Assembly: GCA_030390025.1 (NCBI GenBank)
Contig: CM059432.1
Span: 128,156,001 to 128,220,000 of the forward strand
Length of the DNA stretch: 64,000 nt
Source: Squalus acanthias
Taxonomy: Eukaryota
Direction: 5' to 3'
The translations under genes and the position numbers were made by a program. Of the stretch, positions 48,384 through 60,571 are shown piece by piece. Under the pieces are notes generated by a model, which saw only the letters and a program-made list of their open reading frames with translations, did not search any database and had not been told where the DNA came from. Every line of letters begins with the position of its first letter. The stretch's first letter is position 1.

Positions 48384-51300
48384 ACTAACGGGAGGAGGAG
48401 GCTCCATGAATATCCCCATCCTCAGTGATGGTGGAGCCCAGCACGTGAGTGCAAAGTGCAAAAGACAAGGCTGAAGCGTTTGCAACCATCTTCAGCCAGA
48501 AGTGCCGAGTGGATGATCCATATCGGCCTACTCCCGAGGTCCCCAGCATCACAGAAGCCAGACTTCAGCCAATTCGATTCACTCCACGTGATATCAAGAA
48601 ATGACTGAGCGCACTGGATACAGCAAAGGCTATGGGCCCCGACAACATCCCGGCTATCGTGCTGAAGATTTGTGCTCCAGAACTAGCTGCGCCTCTAGCC
48701 AAGCTGTTCCAGTACAGCTACAACTTGGCATCTATCCGACAATGTGGAAAACTGCCCAGGTATGTCCTGTCCACAAAAAGCAGGACAAATCCAACCTGGC
48801 CAATTACCGCCCCATCAGTCTACTCTCGATCATCAGCAAAGTGATGGAAGGTGTCATCGACAGTGCTACTCACCAATAACCTGCTCACTGATGCCCAGTT
48901 TGGGTTCTGCCAAGACCACTCGGCTCCCAACCTCATTACAGTCTTGGTCCAAACATGGACAAAGGAGCTGAATTCCAGAGGTGAGGTGAGAGTGACTGCC
49001 CTTGACATCAAGGCAGCGTTTGACCGAGTGTGGCATCAAGGAGCCCTAGTAAAACTGAAGTCAATGGGAATCGGGGAAGACACTCCACTGGCTGGAGTCA
49101 TACCTAGCACAAAGGAAGATGGTTGTGGTGATTGAAGATCAATCATCACAGCCCCAGGACATCGCTGCAGGAGTTTCTCAGGGCAGTGTCCTAGGCCCAA
49201 CCATCTTCAGCTGCTTCATCAATGACCTTCCCTCCAACATAAGGTCAGAAATGGGGTTGTTCGCTGATGACTGCACAGTGTTCAGTGCCATTCACAACTC
49301 CTCAGATAATGAAGCAGTCCATGCCCTCATGCAACAAGACCTGGACGACGTTCAGGCTTGGGCTGATAAGTGGTAGGTAACATTCGCGCCACAGAAGTGC
49401 CAGGCAATGACTATCTCCAACAAGCGAGAGTCTAACCACCTCCCCTTGACATTCAACAGCATTACCATCGCCGAATCCCCCACCATCAACATCCTGGGGG
49501 TCACCATTGACCAGAAACTTAACTGGACCAGCCACATAAATACTGTGGCAACAAGAGCAGGTCAGAGGCTAGGTATTCTGCGGTGAGTGTCTCACCTCCT
49601 GACTCCCCAAAGCCTTTCCACCATCTGCAACGCACAAGTAAGGAGTGATAGAAACATAGAAAATAGGAGCAGGAGTAGGCCATTCAGCCCTTCGAGCCTG
49701 CTCCGCCATTCAATATGATCATGTCTCAGTACCATATTCCCGCTCTCTCCCCATACCCCTTGATGCCTTTTGTGTCTAGAAATCAATCTATCTCCTTCTT
49801 AAATATATTCAGTGACTTGGCCTCCACAGCCTTCTGTGATAGAGAATTCCACAGGTTCACCACCTTCTGAGTGAAGAAATTTCTCCTCATCTCAGTCCTA
49901 AATGTCCTACCCCGTATCCTGAGACTGACCCCTCGTTCTAGACCCCCCCCCAGCCAGGAGAAACATCCTCCCTGCATCCAGTCTGTAGCCCTGTCAGAAT
50001 TTTATACGATTCAATGAGATCCCCTCTCATTCTTCTAAACTCTAGTGAATACAGGTCGAGTCGACCCAATCTCTCCTCATAAGACAGTCCTGCCATCCCA
50101 GGAATCAGTCTGGTGAACCTTCGCTGCACTCCCTCTATGGCAAGTATATCCTTTCTTAGGTAAGGAGACCAAAACTGCACACAGTACTCCAAGTGTGGTC
50201 TCACCAAGGCCCCGTACAAGTGTAGTAAGACATCCTTGCTCCTGTACTCAAATTCTCTTGCAATGAAGGCCAACATATCATTTGCCTTCCTAACTGCTTG
50301 CTGTACCTGCATGTTTGCTTTCAGTGACTGATGTACAAGGACACCCAGGTCCCTTTGTACATCAGCATTTCCCAATCTATCACCATTTAAATAATACTTT
50401 ACCTTTCTGTTTTTCCTACCGAAGTGGATAGCTTCACATTTATCCACGTTATACTGCATCTCCCATGCATTTGCCCACTCACTCAACTTGTCTAAATTGT
50501 CTTGAAGCCTCTTTGCATCCTCCTCACAACTCACAATCCCACCTAGTTTCGTGTCGTCAGCAAACTTGGAAATATTACATTTGGTTCCCTCATCCAAATC
50601 ATTGATATATATTGTGAATAGCTGAGGCCCAAACACTGATCCCTGCAGTACCTCACTAGTCACCGCCTGCCACCCCAAAAAAGACCCATTTATTCCTACT
50701 CTGTTTCCTGTCTGTTAACCAATTTTCAATCCATGCCAGTATATTACCCCCAATCCCATGTGCTTTAATTTTGCACATTCACCTCTTATGTGGGACTTTA
50801 TCAAAGGCCTTCTGAAAATCCAAATACACCACATCCACTGGTTCTCCCTTATCTATTCTATCAGTTACATCCTCAAAAAACTCCAGTAGGTTTGTCAAAC
50901 ACTATTTCCCTTTCATAAATCCATGTTGACTTTGTCTAATCCTGTTGATATTTTCTAAGTGTCATGTTATCACATCCTTTATAATAGACTCTAGCATTTT
51001 CCCTACTACTGATGTTAGGCTAACCGGTCTGTAGTTCCCTGTTTTCTCTCTCCCTTTTTTAAATAGTAGGGTTACATTTGCCACCCTCCAATCTGCAGGA
51101 ACTGTTCCATAATCTATAGAATTTTGGAAGATGACAACCAATGCATCCACTATTTCCATGGCTACCTCTTTTAGTACTCTGGGATGCAGATTATCAGGCC
51201 CTGGGAATTTACCAGCTTTCAGTCCCATTAATTTCTCCAGCAGTCTTTTTTTTTTACTAATACTAATTTCCTTTAATTCCTCCTTCTCACTAGACCCTTG

Positions 51301-54300
51301 GTTCCCTAGCATTTCTGGGAAGTTATTTGTGTCCTCTTCCGTGAAGACAGAACCAAAGTATTTGTTTAATTGTTCAGCCATTTCCTTGTTCCCCCATTAT
51401 AAATTCTCCCATTTCTGATTGTAAGGGACCTACATTTGTCTTCACTAATCTTTTTCTTTTTACATACTTGTAGAAGCTTTTACAATCCGTTTTTATGTTC
51501 CTTGCAAGTTTACTCTCATACTCTGTTTTTCCCCTCTTAATCTCTTGGTCCTTTTTTTCTGAACTCTAAACTGCTCCCAATCCTCAGGCTTGCTACTTTT
51601 TCTGGCAACTTTATATGACTCCTCTTTGGATCTAATACTATCCTTAATTTCTTTTGTTAGCCATGGTTGGGCCGCTTTTCCTTTTGTGTTTTTGCGCCAG
51701 AAAGGAATGTATAACTATTGCAATTCATGCATTTGTTCCTTAAAGGTTAGCCATTGCCTATCCACCGTCATGCCTTTTAATGAAGCTCCCCAATCTATCA
51801 TAGCCAACTCACTCCTCATACCATCGTAGTTTCCTTTGTTTAGATTTAGGGCCCTAGTTTAGGATTGGACTTCTTCACTTCCATTTTAATGGAGAATTCT
51901 ATCATGTTATGATCACTCTTCCCTAAAGGACCCCGCACAACAAGATTATTAATTAACCCCTTCTCATTGCACAATACCCAATCTAGGATAGCCTGTTCCC
52001 TAGTTGGCTCCTCAACGTACTGGTCTAAAAAACCATCTCGTACACACTCCAGGAATTCATCCTCCACAGTATTATTGCTAATTTGGTTTGGCCAGTCTAT
52101 ATGTAGATTAAAGTCACCCATGATTACTGTAGTACCCTTGTTACATGCATCTCTAATTTCCTGTTTGATGCCATCCCCTACATTACCACTACTGCTTGGA
52201 GGCCTATAGACAACTCCCACCAATGTTTTCTGCCCCTTGGCGCTTCTTAGCTCCACCCAGACTGATTCTACATCTTGATTTTCTGAGCCAATATCCTTTC
52301 TCACTATTGCTCTGATTTCATTCTTTACTAACAATGCCACCCCACCTCCTTTTCCTTTTCGCCTGTCCTTCCTAAATATCGAATATCCTTGGATATTCAG
52401 CTCCCAACCTTGGTCACCCTGTAGACATGTCTCCGTAATCGCAATTATATCATATCCATTTACATCTATTTGTGCTGTTAATTCGTTTACCTTATTACGA
52501 ATGCTTCGTGCATTCAGATACAGTGCCTTTAGATTTGTCTTTTTAACATTTTTAGACATCTTAACATTTTTTTGTACTATGGCCCTATTTGTCATATTAC
52601 CATTTTTTCTTACCCAGACCCTATTTGTTAGTGCACTCCTTTGATTGTACGCTCTGTCCTTTCCTGACACAATCTGGTTATCCTTACCCCAATCACTTTC
52701 CTGCCCTGCTTCCTTGTCTTTTCTCTTTAACATTCTAGATTTCTCTCCACTGGGACCCCCCCCACCCTTATTTAGTTTAAAGCCGTATCTACCTCCCTAG
52801 TTATTCGATTGGCTAGAACTCTGGTCCCAGCATGGTTCAGGTGTAGTCCGTCCCAACAGAACAGCTCTCTCTTTCCCCAGTACTGGTGCCAGTGCACCAC
52901 GAATCGAAACCCACTTCTCCCACACCAATCTTTGAGCCACGCATTCATCTCCCTGATCCTATTGACCCAATGCCAATTTGCTTGTGGCTCCGGTAATAAT
53001 CCAGAGATTATGACCTTTGTGGTTCTGCTTTTTAATTTAGTCTCTAGCTGCTCAAACTCTCTCAGCAGATCCTCTTTCTTTGTCCTACCTATGTCGTTGG
53101 TACCTACGTGGACCACGACAACTGGATCCTCCCCCTCTCACTCCAAGTTCTTCTCCAGCCCGGAGGAGATGTCCTTTACCCTGGCACCGGGTAGGTAACA
53201 TAGCCTTCAGGGCTAACGCTCCTGGCTGCAGAGAACAGTGTTTATCCCCCTAACTATACTGTCACCTACTACAACCACCTTCCTTTTTACTCCCCCCCAC
53301 TTGAACGGCTTCCTGTACCACGGTGCAGTGGTCAGTTTGCTCGTCCTCCCCGCAGTCCCCGCACTGGTCTTCAAGGGTTGCAAGAACCTCAAATCTATTG
53401 GACAAGTGCAGGGACTGATGCTCCTGCAATACTACCTCCTAGATCCCCATACCTGCCTCACTCGCAGTCACACCCTCCTGTCCCTGACCACGTGTCAATT
53501 CTAAAGTATTTAATCTAAGGGGTGTGGCTGCCTCCTGGAGAAAAAGGTCCAGGCAACTTTCTTCCTCCCTGATGTCTCGCAATGTCTGCAGCTCGGACTC
53601 CAGCTCCTCAACTCGGAGCCGAAGTTCCTCAAGCCGCAGACACTTACCGCAGATGTAGTCGCCCTGGACAAAAATGTCCACAAGCTCCCACATATTGCAG
53701 CAGCAACACATCTCCTGTTTAATTAATTAGTTTAGTATTAATCAAATTATTTACCTCGTTTAGTTTATTAAATTAAGTTTAGTTTTTTAAATTTAGTTAT
53801 ATCTTAACTTAAAACTTAGCCCACAGTCACTACCAATCACTTACCTGCCTTACCTGTAATGTCACACTGCCGTTTTCTCTTGTTGATGCAGGTCTGTTGC
53901 TGCTTTTATCCCAGCTCTTGGGCCTCTGTCTGCTCCCGCTCAGATCCGCCGCCGCTCTGCGGGAGAAGTTAAGAAAAGCAAGCACCTCCTTGCCCCACTT
54001 CGCCGAACTCCCACACTTACCAAACTCGCAGTTGTTCACTCTGTGCTGCTGCACTCACAGGCCACTGTTTTTATACTGTTTGTAAGTCAGATGAGTCACC
54101 ACTGCTCTGCTACTGTTTCAGGAACCAGTTTAATCCAGTTGGCTAATTAACTAAGTACAGCAGCTCTCCAGCAGGAGATCTTGCTTGTTTGTCTCTGCTT
54201 AAGCCTGAAGAAACTTAAAATTTTAAAGTTTAAATTTTAACTTAAACAGTTGATGTTACTTAAGCGCTACTAGCAATCAACACAAGATTTTAAAAGAGAT

Positions 54301-54857
54301 TAACCCTTAAAACTCCCACACTTACCAAACCCGCAGTTGTTCACTCTGTGCTGCTTCACTCAGTGATGGAATACTCTCCACTTGCCTGGATTAGTGCAGC
54401 TGCAACAACACTCAAGAAGCTCGACACCATCCAGGACAAAGCAGCCCGTTTGATTGGCACTCCCTCCACCACCGGCCTACCGTGGCTGCAGTGTGTACCA
54501 TCTGCAAGATGCACTGTAGCAACTCGCCAAGGCTTCTTCGGCAGCACCTCCCAAACCCGCGACCTCTTCCACCTAGAAGGACAAGGGCAGCAGGCGCATG
54601 GGAACACCACCACCTCCAAGTTCCCCTCCAAGTCACACACCATCCTGACTTAGAAGTATATCGCCAATCCTTCATCGTCGCTGAGTCAAAATCCTGGAAC
54701 TCCCTACCTAACAGCACTGTGGGAGTACCTTCACCACACGGACTGCAGTGGTTCAAGAAGGCAGCTCGCCACCACCTTCTCAAGGGCAACTAGGGATGGG
54801 CAATAAATGCTGGCCTTGCCAGCGACGCCCAGATCCCATAAGCAAATAAAAAAAAAA
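48384..54857 (+). mobile_element. LINE family X copy split by a full-length CR1 (pieces 48384-49649 and 54362-54857)
   Basis: RT motifs lie in 48600-49600; the sequence resumes at MEYSPLAW after 54362 and ends in a poly(A) tail near 54857. Confidence 0.9.
49650..54361 (-). mobile_element. Apparently full-length but decayed CR1 LINE (family 2-like subfamily)
   Basis: 5'UTR, ORF1 zinc finger (CCCC..CGKC) plus esterase (HVGTNDIG, DGLHLN), ORF2 EN (51846-52733) and RT (49938-50678), tatgtttctat tail. Candidate TSD agtgat at 49644-49649 and 54362-54367. Confidence 0.92.
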
Positions 54858-54879
54858 CTCTTGGCATCCTTAGTACGTG

Positions 54880-55269
54880 TCAAATCACTTCACAGCCAAT
54901 GAGTGACTTTTGAAGTGTAGCCACTGTTGTTACATAGGCAAACATGGCAACAAATATGTGCAGAGCAAGGTACCATACATTGTAATACGATAACTTGCCA
55001 GTTAGTCTGTTTTTGGTGATGTTGCTTGAGGGATGCTGATTGGCTGGTACATTGGGAACTATTCTGCTGTACATGGGTTCTTTTACACCCACCTGAACAG
55101 GCAGATGGGGCCTCGGTTTTACGTTTGAGGTACCTGTTACAATGCATCTCTATCTCAGTACTGCTCTGAGTGACAGCCTAGATTATATGCTCAAGTCCTG
55201 CAGTGAGGCTTGAATCTCCAACTTTCTGACTTAGAGGTGCAAGAGGTACCTGCTAAGCCAAGCTGACAC
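54880..55269 (-). mobile_element. Diverged DeuSINE copy
   Basis: Colinear similarity to 36764-37229, ending in agctgacac. Confidence 0.75.
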
Positions 55270-55663
55270 TTTGTTTAAAAAAAAAGAGAAAATATATTAC
55301 ATTTGGGAACCCATTATCAAGATGCAGCCCATCATTAATATTATATTCTCCAAGAGAGATCTGTCATGGCGTGAATTTTCTTTTTGTTTCAAATCCTAAA
55401 TAGTACATATTTTGAAACTGTAATCTTGTAGAAGTAATATTTGGAATGGTAGGTATGAGCTTTGTATATACAATTATATGATCACTATTACAATTTTGAA
55501 GAGAGAATTCGCTTTCTGTTAATCAGTTTTAGTCAGTGGTGGACAGGAAGAGGTCGATTATTTTACATTTGCTTTTGATCCTCCATTGCACTGTTATTGC
55601 TTGCTTTCATAACTGCTCTTAACATATCGTGCAGTAGTCAGCTATGTTTTTGTGCTTCTCCAG

Positions 55664-55840
55664 CTCCACATGGCCCAGTCCCTCCTTCAGTCCTTCCTGT
55701 AGGTCCCCAGGTCACAACTGGCAGCTCCACTCTATCAAAGAAGAGGCCACCGCCCCCACCCCCTGGACACAAACGAACCTTATCTGACCCACCAAGCCCG
55801 CTACCTCATGGTCCCCAGAATAAAGGTCTGATTCCTTGGG
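55664..55840 (+). CDS. ASAP1: ASAP1 coding exon (proline-rich SH3-ligand region)
   Basis: ctccag acceptor, gtgag donor, 177 bp, phase 1-1. Translates (A)PHGPVPPSVLPVGPQVTTGSSTLSKKRPPPPPPGHKRTLSDPPSPLPHGPQNKGLIPW. Confidence 0.95.
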
Positions 55841-56759
55841 GTGAGTTTTTCTTATATTAAGTTAGTTAAGTAAAGTTACTGTAGGAAACCGAAAATCGTA
55901 TTATTGTTTATCAAAAATAGAAATTATATTAAAGGGCGAAACTGCAAAATGTTAGTTCTTCCTGATTCATTGAACCTCCACATATAAATAGAATTTGCTG
56001 TCATTAGTGCAGGGAAACAAAATCATCTCGGGACATTGACACTTTAAGAAATTGACACCCTTGTGTTGCTAATTTGGTCAAATGGTTATTATACAACTCT
56101 GTTGTATGTAAGTTCTCATTCTGGACTGCGCCATTATTTTTTTCCCCCATTGTCCATAGCACTCTTGATTATTGTCTAGTTTTTTTCCTTCTATGTGATG
56201 CATCCTAAAATAATGTGGGAGAATCTGAGACACCATGACTTCAAGACAATATGTACATAGTTCCCATAGCCACTGGGGAACCCTCGTTTATAGTCTCTGG
56301 CTGGTTTTCACTAAATAGATTAGGCAGGCAAGTGATAAGTAGAAAATGCAAAATACAACACTTTTTTTGCTGAAGTTATCGACAGGAGGAATTTCACTTG
56401 CTACTTTTAGAAAAACCCCATGACACCATTGAGCTTATTGGCTGACATTTCTAATAAACCACTTAGATTAATGTGATACTCAGACACAGTACTCCGGTTA
56501 ATATGCGTAATATTCCCTGAACAGTCAAAATGTTGCAGTAGCCTGCAATAGCCAGGACAGTAGCCCAAGGCTGCTGTGTTACAGGACATGGCTGACTATT
56601 TCAGGGTTCGCTATGTACTCCTGACTAAGCTCCTGGTCCAGATAGCTTGCACCCATTAAAGGAGGTGGGAACTAAAACCTGTGAAGGTTCAATTGGCATT
56701 TGATAGTTTTGTTCCACTGAGGAGAGAGTTCTCAAAATTATAAAGTGGCTAAAATAACT

Positions 56760-57200
56760 CCCATTAGTTAAAAAGGGTGAAGCGACATAGCTGGAAACTA
56801 TAGAACAATAAGTTTATAGATAGTCTTCGAAACAATTTTCAGAGATCTAGTGGACGAAGACATAATAATTGGTATGAGAGTAAGGAATCACGTATTAATT
56901 GGTAGCATGCGTGCTGATCGGGCAAGAAATCTAGGAGTTATAGTGGATGAAACCATGAAACAGTGCTTAGCTGTACGATTAAAAATGGCAAATGGGGTAT
57001 TGGGTTTCATTAGAAAAAGATAAGAGTACAGATCAAAAGCGGTTCTCTTGTGTAAAGAGCATTGGTCAGATCCAATCTGGAATGCTGTGTGCCGTTACAC
57101 TCACCTAGTCATCAGAAAGGCATTATTGCAAATGACAAAGATGATTTAGGTTATCAGGGATTTAAGTTACAAGAAAAGGCAAAATGAGGCTTTACTCAAT
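56760..57200 (+). mobile_element. Very old CR1 fragments
   Basis: Degenerate coding for KKG....GNYR.ISL, RNLGVIVD and ANGVLGFI. Confidence 0.55.
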
Positions 57201-57759
57201 TCAATTATCCAGAGAGCATGAACAACAAAAGCCAAGAAGAAGAAATACCTGTGTCTCTTCTCAACCACCACCGGTGACTTAAGTCGCTGCTATCCAAACA
57301 TTACAGGAAATTCTTGTGGGAGACTGAGCAAATGGACTGTGTTGTTTTGGATCCCTGGGGAAAAGACTGTTTGGGAGAGCATATCACAGAATCTTGCCCT
57401 AAATTTAGAGTGATTTTTCTTAAGTCATTCAGGGTGTGCCAATCAGTGATTTCTTCAACACTTACTTCATTTCCAAGTAATTAATATTATCAGGTTGTTG
57501 AAGTGAGCTTTAGTTTTTCTGCTTCAACAGAACCATGAGTTACCTAGAATAACAAGCACTCAGGTAAACCCATCACTTACCAGAGATCAGTCAATGGGCA
57601 TAAGAATGTAACTCAATGTGTCATTCCTAGCAGGACAGAAGCTAGCAGAAAAGGTTAGTTCATTGTTGATGGTCACTTTGTAAGCCAACATTCCAAGGGT
57701 CGCTCTTATTATTGGGTACCTGGGAGCAACTTGTGCATTAACCAAGTATTATTAACTTG

Positions 57760-58826
57760 ATCTGAAAGCTGAGGAAAAGCACTTTGGAATTAAAGGTGCA
57801 GTGGCTGCAAAATTGGCTACAGGACAGAAATCAGAGAGTAGTGGTGAACGCTTGTTTTTCAGACTGGAGGGAAGTATAGAGTGGTGTCCCCAGGGGTCGG
57901 TACTATTAGGACCACTGCTCTTTTCTATATATATTAATGACCTGGCCTTGGGCATACAGAGAATAATTTCAGAATTTGCAGATGACATGAAACTCAGAAA
58001 TGTAGTAATCAGTGAGGAGGATAGTAACAGACTTCAGGAGGAGATAGACTAGTGAAATGAGCAGACACATTGCAGAAGAAATTTAACGCAGTGATGTGTA
58101 AAGTGATTCATTTTGGTAGTAAGAATGAGGAAAGGCAATATAAACGAAATGGTACAATTTTAAAGAGGATGCAGGAATAGAGAGACCTGGAGGTGTAAGT
58201 ATACATATCTTTGAAGGTGGCAGGGCAAGTTGAGAAGGCTGTTAAAAAGGCATATGCCATCCTTGGCTTTATAAATAGAGGCAAATACAAAAGCAAGGAA
58301 GTTAGGCTAAACCTTTATAAAACACTGGTTGGGCACCAGCTAGAGTATTGTGGCCAATTCTGGGCACCGCACTTTAGGAAGGATGTCAAGGCTTTGGGAG
58401 AGGGTGCAGAGCAGATTTACTAGCATGGTACCAGGGATGTGGGACTTCAGTTATGTGTTCAGACTAACGAATCTGGGATTGTTCTCCTTAGAGCAGAGAA
58501 GGTTAAGGGGAGATTTGATAGAGGTATTCAAAATCATGAAGGGTTTTGATAGAGTAAATAAGGAGAAACTGTTTCCAGTGGAAGAAGGGTCGGTAATGAG
58601 AGCACATAGAATTAAGCTAATTGGCAAAAGAACCAGAGGCGACATGAGGAGGAAAAAAAATTGCACAGCGAGTTATGATGATCTGGAATGCACTGCCTGA
58701 AAGGGAGGTGGTAGCAGATTCAGTAGTAACTTTCAAAAGGGAATTGGCTAAATAATTGAAGGAGAAAAATTTCAGGATTACAGGGAAAGAGCATGGGTGT
58801 GGGACTAATTGGATAGCTCTTTCAAA
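57760..58826 (+). mobile_element. CR1 LINE 3' half
   Basis: Coding for PQGSVLLGPLLFSIYINDL, FADD and LGLFSLEQRRLRGDLIEVFK. Confidence 0.88.
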
Positions 58827-58829
58827 GTT

Positions 58830-59505
58830 TGCCCTTTTCGACGTTCAAGTGATTTCAGTGCTCTTTAGTGGGAATCCCTAGTGCAGTGCTGCTGTGATGT
58901 CAACAAGCTATCTAAGCAGCCAATCACATTGTAGAATTCTCACAGGCAGGAAACCAGGAAATGAGAAGCTGCTTTTATCCGGACTTTTTAAAAATGTGTA
59001 CAGAGAGCGAAACAAAGATTGGGACTCTCACATGGGGATATGGTAGAACTTGAAATATCATGAACAAACGTTAAAAAAAAAAAAAAAGTTTTTTTAATTG
59101 TGATTTTTATCATAATGGACGAATTTGACACTCCACCAATACAAAAATTAGTTTTTCAAGGCTATAATGTTTGTTTAGCAGTCAATATGCTGTTAAAACC
59201 CCAGTTACACCTATTCCAACAAGGCTTAACATATTTAATGGGGTATTTAACAGCGATATTACCGCGGAAAAGCCCAAGTTTTCGTCAGATTCACTGATTT
59301 TGCTGATTGCCGGCTATGGGGAGGGGTGCAGGGGGTGGTGTCCACAGCGCAGCCAGTGTTGGAGCAGTGAATGACTGACCACAACTTCAGGATTTCTGCG
59401 TTTAGATGCGCATGCGCTAAATCCTGAAGTTGTGGTCCACTTCAGAGGGATAATAACGGCGAACGCTGTTAGTTCGACGTTATTACCCACCGCAAATTCC
59501 GGGTC
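58830..59505. mobile_element. MITE of the 864-1625 family, left end missing
   Basis: Colinear similarity to about 960-1625; right terminus gcaaattccgggtc. Confidence 0.72.
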
Positions 59506-60144
59506 ATTAAATATAGAAGTGTGGGAAAAGGCAGTTGATCTAAATAGGCAGATAGGGCTCCAAATTTCTTAAAAGAGCAATACCCCAGGTGATTTTTTTT
59601 TTTCATCCCCACTCGATGTTGTAAATCCTATTTGCATGTGGAAGTTGAACTTCTTTCAAATAATGAGGAACATTGTACTTAGAGCTAACTTCAAAAATTG
59701 TTCATCTGATGAATTGTTTTGTTTTTACCCTTTTTGTACACAGATTGTTAGTTTTTAGAATATATGAAACATATTATCACCATGTTCCCATAGCCTTAGA
59801 AAACAAGGATACACAATAGAGCCATCCATTATGACCATAACATCACTATTGCACTGAGCAAATATGGCCATCATTGAAAAACAGTACCCCAGAATATGCA
59901 GCTGTACCCAACCAAGAGTGTGTGTTTGTGGAGTCCGGTGCCTCTGGATTGACTCTCAGGCCAGTCTAAAGTTCTGCCCCTCATTAAAATTAGCTTCTCT
60001 AGGTCCCAGGCAATCCCTCTCCTTAATTGTTATCACTGGAATTGCTGAAGAGAAAGGATATTGGGAATAAATGGTAGGTTTGTGTGAAGCAACAGATTTG
60101 ACAGTATTTCACTACAGGCACCATCCATTTTTATAATTAAGGCA

Positions 60145-60312
60145 GAATATGCTGGAATACAAGGCAGGTCAGTCAGCATCTACAAAGAGAAAAGATTGGT
60201 TATGATGTTTTGTGTGTACCCTTCATGCTCCAATGAAAGGTATTCACCTGAAACATCTTAACCAGTCTTTTCTCATTATAAATGCTGACTGACCTCTATT
60301 TCTGGTATTTTT
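60145..60312. repeat. Eroded ~170-bp hairpin element, possibly Penelope-derived
   Basis: Paired blocks ggtcagtcagcat/atgctgactgacc, gagaaaagattggtta/taaccagtcttttctc, gatgttt/aaacatc and tacccttcat/atgaaaggta. Confidence 0.7.
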
Positions 60313-60571
60313 TAATTTCCACCATTTACAATTTTTCCTTTTCATTTTACATTTTTATAATATTACTAGTGTGTCTCTCTCCCATGATGCTGCACACACA
60401 CAGTCAAGACCAAGCGTAGTCTTCAGGTAAAATGGGTAATAATTGGACCTGGGCATACAAACATAACATAGTCCTCAATTTAAAGTCTTACATTCTGCCA
60501 TTATTTTTATATTTCTGTCAAAGTTCATTTATAATGGAAATTACCATAGGTTAACTTGTAATGCTGTAATT

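Noticed and set aside
49650..54361. Active autonomous CR1
   Set aside because: ORF1 and ORF2 are broken into several frames by stops and frameshifts.
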